The notes under the pieces were generated by a model. That model ran no database searches, was not told the DNA's origin, and was given only the letters and a program-made list of their open reading frames with translations. A stretch of 64,000 bases of DNA, from assembly GCA_047456295.1 (NCBI GenBank), contig CP179887.1, positions 175,159 to 239,158 of the forward strand, in the 5' to 3' direction. This document shows, one piece after another, positions 27,452 to 36,138 of the stretch (positions are counted from its first letter, which is position 1; each line of letters begins with the position of its first letter). A program made the translations under genes and the position numbers. Origin of the DNA: Candidatus Nealsonbacteria bacterium. GTDB taxonomy: Bacteria; Patescibacteriota; Minisyncoccia; Minisyncoccales; JANBVM01.

Positions 27452-27490
27452 CCTATTAAAGTATTTTTTATTCTTAATAGGCTTTTTTTT
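27452..27490 (+). terminator. rho-independent terminator after the peptide gene
   Basis: CCTATTAA...TTAATAGG stem followed by CTTTTTTTT. Confidence 0.65.
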
Positions 27491-27534
27491 ATATTTTTAA
27501 TAAATAAAAAAATGCCCAATAAAAGGCATTTCAT

Positions 27535-28152
27535 TTAATTAATTCTTTTTGCGATCACTAGTGCTATCGCATGTCTATGAACGGGTCCCTTTCCATGTTT
27601 TTGGGGGCTGGTAAAGAATTCCTTATAGTGAATAATTTGCCAATTTTTATAAAACTTCTTTAGTTGGTTTTTCTTGAATAAATAAGGGAAATTTTTTTTG
27701 GGATTATCCTCAGTAAAAACAGATATAAGGTTAAAGCCAGAAACTTCAGTATGTTTTTTAATTTTCTTAATTATTCTTTTAACCTCTCTTTCTTTTAGAA
27801 AGTGCAGAAGTGAAAGTGCTAAGACTATATCATACTTTTCTTGGAAATTAAATCGATTAACGTTACTTAAAATAGCTTTAATCTTAAGATTCTCTTTCTC
27901 ATTTAAACTTCTAAGTTTCCGTATTGCTTTTTCGGAAAAGTCCACTCCGGTGACGTTGAATCCACGTTTAGCAAAACAAATAGCATTCCTTCCTTCTCCA
28001 ACACCTAGATCTAAAACTTTTCCAGGACCTTTTTTATTTTTTAAAAATTCTTCGACTATCTTTTCTGCTTTTATTCCCCAAAAGCAATCTTCTACTTTAT
28101 ATAATTCGTTAAAATATTCCTTCCTAAATTTCTGATTCACTGATAGTACCAC
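27535..28152 (-). CDS. class I SAM-dependent methyltransferase (TehB-like)
   Basis: VLDLGVGEGRNAICFAKRGFNVTGVDFS motif I / post-I. GTG start. Confidence 0.8.
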   Translation of the reverse strand: MVLSVNQKFRKEYFNELYKVEDCFWGIKAEKIVEEFLKNKKGPGKVLDLGVGEGRNAICFAKRGFNVTGVDFSEKAIRKLRSLNEKENLKIKAILSNVNRFNFQEKYDIVLALSLLHFLKEREVKRIIKKIKKHTEVSGFNLISVFTEDNPKKNFPYLFKKNQLKKFYKNWQIIHYKEFFTSPQKHGKGPVHRHAIALVIAKRIN

Positions 28153-28455
28153 CTATTGATTATTATTAAGAACTGTTATAACTGTACAATCAAAATACCA
28201 TTCCGTCAAGAATATGGTCAGGATCTACCCCTTCTCCGAGAGAGCTCCTAGATTATAAATGCTAAATGTTTGTGTCTAAAACAAGAACACTATAAAAAAG
28301 TACAAGAGCACTTAATTAAGTATTGTAATTTGATTTATTTGTTGTTGTTTAATTTTCATTTACTTTTAAATAAATTAAAGATATTGTCATAGTCAAAATT
28401 CCTAAAAAAAATACCGTGTTTTTGATTTTGATATAACACGGTTTTTTATAGTTTT

Positions 28456-28887
28456 TTAACTATTTTTTTTGTGAAAATAAACAAGTCTATCTCTAATCTT
28501 TTGTAAGTAACAGAACTCAGAAGGCAAACGTAGTTTAAAAATCACGTTCATCATCTCTGGATATGATGAATTGATGCTAGAAATAGTGAAAAGTTCGTCT
28601 ATCTCTTTATCTATAAGTTGGATTGCGAGCTTATAATCATTTCTTCTTAATTCTAGTCTTGCTTTCTCGTACGTGGTTATTCTTTCTTTTAATGAAATTA
28701 ACTCTTTATTTATCTTTCTTGACTGAACTTTTGACAACAACTTCGAAATAATCAATTTTAGCCAAAAAGAAGAGGATGACTCCATTAAGAATAATTCTAT
28801 CTCTCTTTTCTTTCTTTCGTTTGATAAAACTTCTCTTTGTAACAAGGTTTGTTCTTTTTTAAAATAGCTCGTTACTTCTTCAATCAA
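28456..28887 (-). CDS. hypothetical coiled-coil protein
   Basis: 143-aa ORF with a terminator hairpin ACCGTGTT...AACACGGT downstream (about 28411-28447). No recognisable motif. Confidence 0.45.
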   Translation of the reverse strand: MIEEVTSYFKKEQTLLQREVLSNERKKREIELFLMESSSSFWLKLIISKLLSKVQSRKINKELISLKERITTYEKARLELRRNDYKLAIQLIDKEIDELFTISSINSSYPEMMNVIFKLRLPSEFCYLQKIRDRLVYFHKKNS

Positions 28888-29156
28888 ATCATTACTAATC
28901 TTTCCTCACCCCTATTTAAGATTTTTATAAAAATTATACAATAGTCTATTGCTTTTTAGAATAAGAAAAGAAAAAAGTCAATAGCGAGTGGTAATCTGAC
29001 AGTATAGCACTATGTTAAATATAACTCACAATATAGATAAATTTAATTGTTCAAACTAAAGAAAAATGATTAAGATTACATTTGAAGAAAGGTTTAAGTA
29101 TATATAAGATATCAAGACTATAGGGTTTCTCAAAATTTAAAATTAGCCGTTTTTCA

Positions 29157-29185
29157 CCGTTTTAAAACGGGAGATGTCGCACAAC
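29157..29185 (-). repeat. repeat unit U4 (core GTTGTGCGACATC plus palindrome CCGTTTTAAAACGG)
   Basis: The plus strand reads CCGTTTTAAAACGGGAGATGTCGCACAAC. The 11-mer TTGTGCGACAT is shared with U1. Confidence 0.55.
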
Positions 29186-29436
29186 ATAGATTATCTGACA
29201 TCTACACACATTATTTGCCTGACAGCATCCAATATGGATTGACTTATTTAGAACAGTATGCTATTATTCTAGTCAGATTATAAGTCGAGCATTTAAACAA
29301 TCTTTCTAAATAAAGATCGGAAAATAGAACGGCTTAGTAATCAAAAGGTCGCTTTTTAATTTAAAATTCTAACTAAGCGTTCAAATAAGTTTTGAGTTTC
29401 AGAACTTAAAACTTAGATTTACGATCTTAATTTAGT

Positions 29437-29625
29437 ATGTTTAATGACTTCAGAGATCGTCCAAGGAGAGATTTTTCTCCCCGAAAGATGTACCAGGGAA
29501 ATTGGAAATGTGCTGATTGCGGAAAAGAGATAACCGAACTTCCATTTGAGCCTTCAGCAGACAGACCAATTTACTGCAGGGAGTGTCATGCCAAACGAAG
29601 ACCTCCTCAAAGATCCAGGTACTAG
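29437..29625 (+). CDS. CxxC-x17/18-CxxC zinc-ribbon protein
   Basis: 62 aa with WKCADCGKEITELPFEPSADRPIYCRECHAKRR. Long leader upstream. Confidence 0.7.
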   Translation: MFNDFRDRPRRDFSPRKMYQGNWKCADCGKEITELPFEPSADRPIYCRECHAKRRPPQRSRY

Positions 29626-29640
29626 ATCAGAATAATAAAG

Positions 29641-29666
29641 CCCCGCAAGAATTTTGCGGGGTTTTT
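29641..29666 (+). terminator. rho-independent terminator
   Basis: CCCCGCAA-GAATT-TTGCGGGG followed by TTTTT. Confidence 0.8.
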
Positions 29667-29788
29667 AGTTACATTGATTCCTTGAAATCCTAAAATTCGT
29701 TTTAATTTAAAACACGGCAATTGTCAGAATTCAGGAAATTCCATAAAAGTTTAGATAAACTTAAAGTTTAAAATACCTATTGGTAATT

Positions 29789-30574
29789 TTAATTATGGAG
29801 TTCTATTCCTCGTACCCTTATATCTTCTGAGGAAATGATGTTTTTGCATTCTTTAATAAACTCTAAAAACTTCTTTCTATCTCTCAAAATATTATAACTC
29901 TGGGGAAATCTATCCCTTAGTACATCCATAAATTCTTTCCCGGCTCCTCTTGTATTAATCATTTCAAACCAATAATAATCAGCGAATTTTTTAGTTTTTT
30001 TAATTATCTCTCTCAAATTTATCAAGCCTGGAATTATCGGACTAATAAAGGCATAAGTGGATATTCCTTTATCTTTAAGGGTTTTTAAGACTTCTATCCT
30101 TCTTTTATTTGAGGGTGAAAACGGTTCAAAAATATGTTTTGAGCTATTACTGAAGCTATTTATGGTTAAACCAACTTCAATATTCTTAAATTTTTTGAAA
30201 AGCCCTAAGTCTCGCAGAATCAAATCTGACTTTGTTTGAATGGAAAGTTTTATTCTTTTATCCAAATTTTCTAATATTTGCCGGGTTATTTTTAGTCTTT
30301 TCTCAATATGCTGATAAGGATCAGAGATAGAACTCATATAAACCCAATCATCAACATATCTTCCTTTTACTAGTTCTGGGGCATTTATTTTTACTTCCAC
30401 CCAGGTTCCCCATTTTCCGTAATGACTTGGACGCCATTTAGATATAAATTTAGCATAACAATAAAGACAAGCATGCTGGCAACCAACATATTGATTAATT
30501 ACCCATTTTACTCCTGGAATTTTGCTTCTGGTAAAAATTGACTTAGCTTTAACCTTAATCACTCTAATTTTCAT
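29789..30574 (-). CDS. SPL/DNA-photolyase-like radical SAM protein
   Basis: VINQYVGCQHACLYCYA (CX3CX2C), 261 aa, SplB-like family pattern. Confidence 0.75.
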   Translation of the reverse strand: MKIRVIKVKAKSIFTRSKIPGVKWVINQYVGCQHACLYCYAKFISKWRPSHYGKWGTWVEVKINAPELVKGRYVDDWVYMSSISDPYQHIEKRLKITRQILENLDKRIKLSIQTKSDLILRDLGLFKKFKNIEVGLTINSFSNSSKHIFEPFSPSNKRRIEVLKTLKDKGISTYAFISPIIPGLINLREIIKKTKKFADYYWFEMINTRGAGKEFMDVLRDRFPQSYNILRDRKKFLEFIKECKNIISSEDIRVRGIELHN

Positions 30575-30586
30575 ATTTCCATATTA

Positions 30587-30648
30587 CCAAAATCCCCTAG
30601 CCAACAGGAATAGGGTGATTTTTTCCTCCTCGATAAATGTCGTACAAT
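30587..30648 (-). repeat. repeat unit U5 (core ATTGTACGACATTTAT plus hairpin)
   Basis: The minus strand reads ATTGTACGACATTTATCGAGGAGGAAAAAATCACCCTATTCCTGTTGGCTAGGGGATTTT. The core matches U1 at 16 of 17 positions. Confidence 0.65.
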
Positions 30649-30680
30649 CTGAAGCCAGCAAAGAGTTTATTTTAAATCCT

Positions 30681-30941
30681 TTATCTCTCTAATTTTTTTA
30701 ACAAAGCATAAACTATATTGTTTACATCATGAGGGCTTAGTGACAATTCACCTTTTCTTCCTTTCTCCAGGAGAACTCTTCCCTTCTTGAGACGTTCAAG
30801 GGTCTTTTTTCCGCTATGATACCACAAGGTCTTTTTCCCTGATTCTTCAATTTTCTCTATCTCTTCTTCTAAAGCTTTTAGAGATCCTTTGTAAGGAAAG
30901 GGGTGTAAATAATAATCTTTTTCAGTAAAGTTTTTTTCCAT
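30681..30941 (-). CDS. hypothetical small protein (tandem paralog 1)
   Basis: 86 aa. Shares EIEKIEESGKKTLWYH...TLERLKK...DVNNIVYALL with the adjacent gene. Confidence 0.55.
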   Translation of the reverse strand: MEKNFTEKDYYLHPFPYKGSLKALEEEIEKIEESGKKTLWYHSGKKTLERLKKGRVLLEKGRKGELSLSPHDVNNIVYALLKKLER

Positions 30942-30968
30942 ATAATTATTAGCCTGTTTTTTTAAGTA

Positions 30969-31211
30969 TCAGTTTTGTTTTTCTTCAAGTTGATCTAATA
31001 AAACATAAATGATGTTGTCTACATCCTGGGGAGTTAAATTCTTCCCTTCTTCTTTTTTCAAACGCTCAAGGGTTTCCTGGGCACCATGATACCACAAGGT
31101 TTTCTTCCCAGAGCTTTCAATTTCTTCCATTTCTTTTTTAAAGAATTTTAAAACCTTCTCATAATACCTGAGATACAAAATGTAATCTCTTTGTGTAAAT
31201 TTTGTTTTCAT
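30969..31211 (-). CDS. hypothetical small protein (tandem paralog 2)
   Basis: The ORF opens at 31274; the likely start is MKTKFTQRDY at 31211. EMEEIESSGKKTLWYH...TLERLKK...DVDNIIYVLL. Confidence 0.55.
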   Translation of the reverse strand: MKTKFTQRDYILYLRYYEKVLKFFKKEMEEIESSGKKTLWYHGAQETLERLKKEEGKNLTPQDVDNIIYVLLDQLEEKQN

Positions 31212-31477
31212 AATTATTTCAACAATATATTCTATTATACTAAAAAACCTTAAAAAATAAAAAAAACGGATCACTGATGTTATACATCTCTCCGTTGTCT
31301 TGATGTTAAAGGCATTTTATACAGTGTTATCTTTCTCAAGATAAAAAATCTTCTTCTTTTAAATATACAAATAAGCTATATTGTCTAAAAAATAAAACCC
31401 ACTTATAAAAATCATTTATAGAAAAACTTAAAACCTACTTTAATTATAGCAGGTTTTTCATTGTTTATTTTATTTTA

Positions 31478-31654
31478 TTAATCTCTTTCTTGCTTAATCT
31501 GGTATTTTACCCCTATATAGGGGTTTAAAGGGTCTAAAGGATTAAGGTGATTACATTCGCATTTCGCAAATAATCTTCCTTTTTTCTCTACCACCTTAAA
31601 CTTTACAAGCATATTACCACATCTGGCACAAAAGGGAATCTTATTTTTTTTCAT
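31478..31654 (-). CDS. 58-aa zinc-ribbon protein (not in ORF track)
   Basis: My translation: MKKNKIPFCARCGNMLVKFKVVEKKGRLFAKCECNHLNPLDPLNPYIGVKYQIKQERD. GGTGAGGTGAG lies directly upstream, and a hairpin plus T-run lies downstream (about 31430-31460). Confidence 0.4.
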   Translation of the reverse strand: MKKNKIPFCARCGNMLVKFKVVEKKGRLFAKCECNHLNPLDPLNPYIGVKYQIKQERD

Positions 31655-31749
31655 CTCACCTCACCATTTATAATTATAATTTTTATAAAGACCTATCTCT
31701 ACTTTAAATATACAAAATTATCTAAAACTTTTCAATATTATCTTAAAAT

Positions 31750-31797
31750 AAAAACCGTTACTTCCCCACCCTAACGTCTTTTGTCAATTAATAAAGC
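31750..31797 (-). repeat. repeat unit U6 (conserved hairpin plus right flank, core replaced)
   Basis: The minus strand reads TTTATTAATTGACAAAAGACGTTAGGGTGGGGAAGTAACGGTTTTT, versus U1 TTTATTAGGTGATAAAGAACCGTTAGGGTAGGGAACTAATGGTTTTT. Similarity stops where the core would begin. Confidence 0.65.
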
Positions 31798-31915
31798 TTA
31801 AGATATACCCCTTGTTTGTGATAAAGGTCAAGAGAGATTCTCAGGATTCACTTGCATTATGTAACCATTTTTAGTTAAAGTTACATATTATTAATAGACA
31901 CAACAAAATAGAGTA

Positions 31916-32464
31916 ATGTATCAGCAAGATAGCCAAGAATTCAAGATATTTGTCGAAAAAGCTCAAAATGGCAGCAAGGATGCCTTTCGAGAAATCTTCG
32001 ATCGTCTGAGCAATAGGTTCTTTGCCTATATTTTTTCTCGTACCTCAAACAGAGATGATGCCTTAGATATTGTCCAAGAAACGTTCATTGAACTCTGGAA
32101 CGCTCTAAATAAATTTCAGTACAGATCAGATAAAGCATTCTATGGTTTCATTTTCACCATCATTAAACGAAAGCTTTCCAGATACTATAAATACAAACAC
32201 AGGGTTGTCCCTCTTGATAATCTCAGTGAAAAACACATAAGCCAATCTAAGATAAAACAAGAAGACTACCGATTTATGCTAAAGCATGTGAACGCCCTTG
32301 GGCCAAAATATCAGGATCTCTTGAGGCTCCGCTACTGGTCTGAAATGACCTTCGCTGAAATTGCATCTGTGTTAAATATTACAGAAACAACTGCCAAGGT
32401 CCGGCATCACCGAGCCTTAAAAAAATTAAAAACTAATTTAAACAAAGACAATTATGACTTCTAA
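31916..32464 (+). CDS. ECF-type RNA polymerase sigma-70 family factor
   Basis: 182 aa with region 2 (DALDIVQETFIELW) and a region 4 HTH (MTFAEIASVLNITETTAKVRHHRALKKL). Confidence 0.85.
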   Translation: MYQQDSQEFKIFVEKAQNGSKDAFREIFDRLSNRFFAYIFSRTSNRDDALDIVQETFIELWNALNKFQYRSDKAFYGFIFTIIKRKLSRYYKYKHRVVPLDNLSEKHISQSKIKQEDYRFMLKHVNALGPKYQDLLRLRYWSEMTFAEIASVLNITETTAKVRHHRALKKLKTNLNKDNYDF

Positions 32465-34034
32465 TACTGAAAATATTGAAAAAAAACTAAAGATGGTACA
32501 ACCAAAACCGCTTACTCAAGCTGAAAAAAATGTACTTTGGCTTAAGATTGAAAAAGGTATTAAAGAGGATGTTCGACAACATTCCTATTTTCCTCAACCA
32601 TTAATATTCTTTGGGTTAAGGCCCAGGTTTGTCTTTGCTTCACTTTTGATTGTTGTTCTCCTGGGAGGCTCTGTTGCAACAATGGCAGCTTCAGATAATG
32701 CTAAACCAGGCGATATCCTCTACCCTATTGATATTATGCTTGAGAAGGTTCAACTTGTATTTTCAACAAACAGAAAAAAAGACTCTCTCTACATTCAATT
32801 TGCTGAAGAACGACTCAGTGAGGCAAAAATAATTTTAGCTTTCGTGGAGTCTGATGATTTTGATATCTCAGATGAAGCAACCACAACACCACCTATAAAA
32901 GAGAGGAAATCCCAGAAATTTAACCTTAAAAGAATAAAAAGAGCTGGTAATGCTTTAACCATTGCTCTTGAAAATTTAGAGCAAACAAAAATTATCTTTG
33001 AAGAAAAAGGAAATATGGTTGCAATGCTGGCAATAGATAAAATTATTGAGGAACTAACAGGACTTGCAGAAAACCATGTATCTGATTTGGATAATTTTGA
33101 AACAGAAATCGAATATAACGATGAAAAAAAACTAGAAATAAAAACCTCTCGTGATAAGCTCAAGATTAAATTTAATTTGGGTCAAGAAAAGAAATATCAA
33201 AGAAGAGGAGAGGAGATTGAGATGGAGACCGAGCTTGAAAATGATGACGAAAATGAAAATAGTAACCAGCAAGGAGAACAAGGCCGTGAAAAAGTTACTA
33301 TCTGTCATATTCCACCAGGTAATCCTGACAAGGCACATACAATAATAGTGGCAAGGGCAGCTGTAGAAACCCATTTGAACCGCGGAGATATTCCCGGTCC
33401 ATGCGAGGAAGATACTGCAACTTCAACCTCAGACACCATAGCACCTCTCATTTCAGAGATTGCTTCAAATGCCTCTACAACCATGGCAGAGATAAGCTGG
33501 GATACAAACGAACCTTCAGATTCTAAGGTTTGGTACAGCACCACCACACCACTTGTTATTTCAGAAACTACTCCCTTTGTTACCTCAACTGATTTGGTAA
33601 CGAACCACACTGTATCTTTATCAAATCTCACTGCAAGTACAACATATTACTTTATTGTTAGCTCAACTGATGCAGCTGGCAATTTTGTAACCTCAATACA
33701 ATCTTCATTTACAACACTTCCAGAAGAACAAGAACCTGAAGATACAACACCTCCCACCTTAACTAATATAATGGCAACGAGTACAATTGCAACCTCAACC
33801 TTTATCTCCTGGAAGACTGATGAGAAAGCAACAAGCAAGGTTTGGTACGGGTCATCAACCCAGCTTACCATCTCAACTTCTACACCTATGGTAGAAAATT
33901 CTGACTTAGTCTTTAATCACTCTTTACAAATTACAGGACTTACAGCCAGCAGTACATACTATTACATTGTTTCTTCTTCAGATGAATCTGGAAATACTGC
34001 TACATCAAGTGAATTCTCCTTTACCACTCTCTAA
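32454..34034 (+). CDS. single-pass membrane protein, putative anti-sigma factor with two extracellular FN3-like repeats
   Basis: Overlaps the sigma gene by 11 nt. TM segment FVFASLLIVVLLGGSVATMAA, motif ICHIPPGNPDKAHTIIVARAAVETHLNRGDIPGPC, and two ~100-aa repeats ending SSFTTL / FSFTTL. Confidence 0.7.
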   Translation: MTSNTENIEKKLKMVQPKPLTQAEKNVLWLKIEKGIKEDVRQHSYFPQPLIFFGLRPRFVFASLLIVVLLGGSVATMAASDNAKPGDILYPIDIMLEKVQLVFSTNRKKDSLYIQFAEERLSEAKIILAFVESDDFDISDEATTTPPIKERKSQKFNLKRIKRAGNALTIALENLEQTKIIFEEKGNMVAMLAIDKIIEELTGLAENHVSDLDNFETEIEYNDEKKLEIKTSRDKLKIKFNLGQEKKYQRRGEEIEMETELENDDENENSNQQGEQGREKVTICHIPPGNPDKAHTIIVARAAVETHLNRGDIPGPCEEDTATSTSDTIAPLISEIASNASTTMAEISWDTNEPSDSKVWYSTTTPLVISETTPFVTSTDLVTNHTVSLSNLTASTTYYFIVSSTDAAGNFVTSIQSSFTTLPEEQEPEDTTPPTLTNIMATSTIATSTFISWKTDEKATSKVWYGSSTQLTISTSTPMVENSDLVFNHSLQITGLTASSTYYYIVSSSDESGNTATSSEFSFTTL

Positions 34035-34258
34035 AAATAGAAACCCTTAGAGTTTTCTCCCTAAAGGCATTCTGCTTAGGTTTAATTTTGTATTTTTTGA
34101 ATTATTCTCCTGTTTTATTCTGACAAAACAACTAAAATAAAAAACATCTTCCTCAAAATAAAAAGCCCAAGGATGGGCCTTTTTACCCAGTTCTAGATTA
34201 AGATATTTCAAGGGTAAAGTTATAGTTTTAAAGACTAAGTCCCTTGCCTTTAAAATAT

Positions 34259-34495
34259 CTAATCTCCCAAACCCTCATCCGGCACTATCTTCTTTATTCT
34301 TTCTCTCTCATGTTCTCTTCTCTCTTCTCTTATTTCTTTCTTAATTCTTCTTGCTAAAAGAAATCTCTCCCATCTTTTTCTTATTATATCCATTAATCCT
34401 TGCTTTTTCTCCCTATTATCCTCTTCCATCTTTAACCAGTTTAAATTTCCTGTCCTGGAGTATATTAGTTCTTTTACCCGCATATTTGTACCCAC
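34259..34495 (-). CDS. hypothetical R/E-rich small protein
   Basis: 78-aa ORF with a GTG start and no motif. Weak support. Confidence 0.3.
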   Translation of the reverse strand: MGTNMRVKELIYSRTGNLNWLKMEEDNREKKQGLMDIIRKRWERFLLARRIKKEIREERREHERERIKKIVPDEGLGD

Positions 34496-34686
34496 AACCA
34501 GTTAATTAAGAATAAGCCGACCTTTAATACTTCTTTTGTTTTTTTAGAAAAACATTGTTTATGGATAATTTATATATTATCTAAATGTGAGCTCGTTTCC
34601 ATAAAATGTCAAGTTAAAATAATCAAACCTCACTTTAAATACAAAAAAAACTTGACTTAATGCTACAAAAGTTTTATAGCATAAAT

Positions 34687-35829
34687 ATGGAATCTCTACT
34701 GTCGCTTATCATTATTATTGCCTTTATTATAACCTTCTCTTATCTGGGGCCCTTTTCAGATAGTAATTCGAAAAATCTGCAGCAAGCAAGTATTTCTCAG
34801 ACCCAAAATGATATTCCTATAAATCAGATAACACCACCTGCGCCAAAACCTAAACAACCTGTTGTTTTAATTGATACCCGTATAACTTCAGGTCCCGAGG
34901 AAGGAGAAATTATAGAAGAAACAAATAAGGTTGTTTTTGAGTTTGAAGCCCAAATTTATTCAGGACAAATCAAGGGAAAGATGTTGTTTGAAACAAAAAT
35001 TGAAGGATTTGATGAGGACTGGAAAAAAACCTCTTCTAAAAAGAGAATTGTAATCCTTCCTTCAGGACCCAAGGAATATACCTTTTTGGTCAGAGGAAAA
35101 ATAAATGATTTTGTTGATCCCACCCCAGCCAAGATAACCTTTAAAATAAATCTCTCTCCTTATTTTAAAAAAGTAAGGATTGCCACTATCAAAACTGAAA
35201 CCTTTTATTCTCCTTCTTTAATAACCTTAAGCACTAATCTAAAAAAAGAAGAAGAAATAAACATCAGTGGTTGGCATATTAGGGGAAAAGCAAACAGCTT
35301 TGTTATTCCTCCAGGAATAGAAAAATATTATCCTGGTTACGGTCCGGTTCCTGAGGAAAGCATTTTTGTAAAACAAGGCGATAGAATATATCTGTCTGCC
35401 AGCTCAAATCCTCTGGGAAAAAATAGAAATTTCCGGCCCAATAAATGCCTGGGTTATTTAGCCAACTATCACGATTTTATTATCCCCTTGCCAAAAAAAT
35501 GCCCAAAACCAACAAGAGAAGAAATTTCTCACCTTAACCCATGTTGCCAAGAGTTTATTCTCCGCCTCAATAGATGTCAAATCCCTGATTATTCTAATAA
35601 TATTAGGATTTCCCTTGACTCAGAATGTGTATCTTATCTTGATAAAAACTTTAACTATGGTGGCTGTTTTTACCAATATTCCAGAGATAAAGACTTCTTG
35701 GGAAAGAATTGGCATATTTACTTAAATAGAAATATCATCGTTAGTAATGATTGTGACACACTTTATTTACGGGACCAAAATGGTTTGTTTATAGATAAAT
35801 ATTCTTATGGACGAGCTGTCTGTCAATAG
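34687..35829 (+). CDS. membrane-anchored protein with a lamin-tail-like domain and Cys-rich C-terminus
   Basis: The ORF opens at 34660; the likely start is MESLLSLIIIIAFIITF. INISGWHIRGKANSFVIPPG...GDRIYLSA resembles an LTD fold. Eight or more Cys in the last 130 aa. Confidence 0.65.
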   Translation: MESLLSLIIIIAFIITFSYLGPFSDSNSKNLQQASISQTQNDIPINQITPPAPKPKQPVVLIDTRITSGPEEGEIIEETNKVVFEFEAQIYSGQIKGKMLFETKIEGFDEDWKKTSSKKRIVILPSGPKEYTFLVRGKINDFVDPTPAKITFKINLSPYFKKVRIATIKTETFYSPSLITLSTNLKKEEEINISGWHIRGKANSFVIPPGIEKYYPGYGPVPEESIFVKQGDRIYLSASSNPLGKNRNFRPNKCLGYLANYHDFIIPLPKKCPKPTREEISHLNPCCQEFILRLNRCQIPDYSNNIRISLDSECVSYLDKNFNYGGCFYQYSRDKDFLGKNWHIYLNRNIIVSNDCDTLYLRDQNGLFIDKYSYGRAVCQ

Positions 35830-35894
35830 ATGTTCTGGCTAAATACTTTGAACAAATAAAGATTCTGTTATTATATTCTTAACTGAATTAAAAT

Positions 35895-35931
35895 AAAAAA
35901 ACCGTTAGTTTTATCCTCTAACGGTTTTTTT
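35895..35931. repeat. repeat unit U7 (conserved hairpin only; bidirectional terminator)
   Basis: AAAAAAACCGTTAGTTTTATCCTCTAACGGTTTTTTT has the same stem as the U1/U2/U6 hairpins (AACCGTTAG...CTAACGGTT). Confidence 0.6.
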
Positions 35932-35955
35932 AGTATTAATATAAAATAACTCTTC

Positions 35956-36138
35956 CTATCTCTTTCTTTTTTTCTGAAATAGTCTCCATTCTTTAAAACC
36001 AATAATAGCTAATCCTGCCAAGCATATCATTACCAACATTGTCAGGAAGGTTGATTGACCAATCTCTTCCCAAGCCATAAGCAAACTAGCTAATAAGCCT
36101 TGTGGCATTTTTTCCACTGAAGCGATAATGAGGAACAC
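35956..36138 (-). CDS. hypothetical small membrane protein
   Basis: 60-aa ORF with one hydrophobic helix FLTMLVMICLAGLAIIGF and a K/R tail. Weak support. Confidence 0.3.
   Translation of the reverse strand: MFLIIASVEKMPQGLLASLLMAWEEIGQSTFLTMLVMICLAGLAIIGFKEWRLFQKKRKR

Noticed and set aside
32795-33871. Several minus-strand ORFs (74-122 aa) opposite the anti-sigma-like gene, and 27698-28135 opposite the methyltransferase
   Set aside because: They are antisense to genes with clear domain evidence, have no start context and no motifs.
20606-35940. Canonical integron or dif/pdif interpretation of the repeated sites
   Set aside because: The recombinase has ordinary XerC/D length with no obvious IntI-specific insertion. 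The sites lack the RYYYAAC/GTTRRRY cores. The core is not a 11-6-11 imperfect palindrome; it actually contains a direct ACATT repeat. Only the general logic is analogous, so the region is reported as a novel arrangement.
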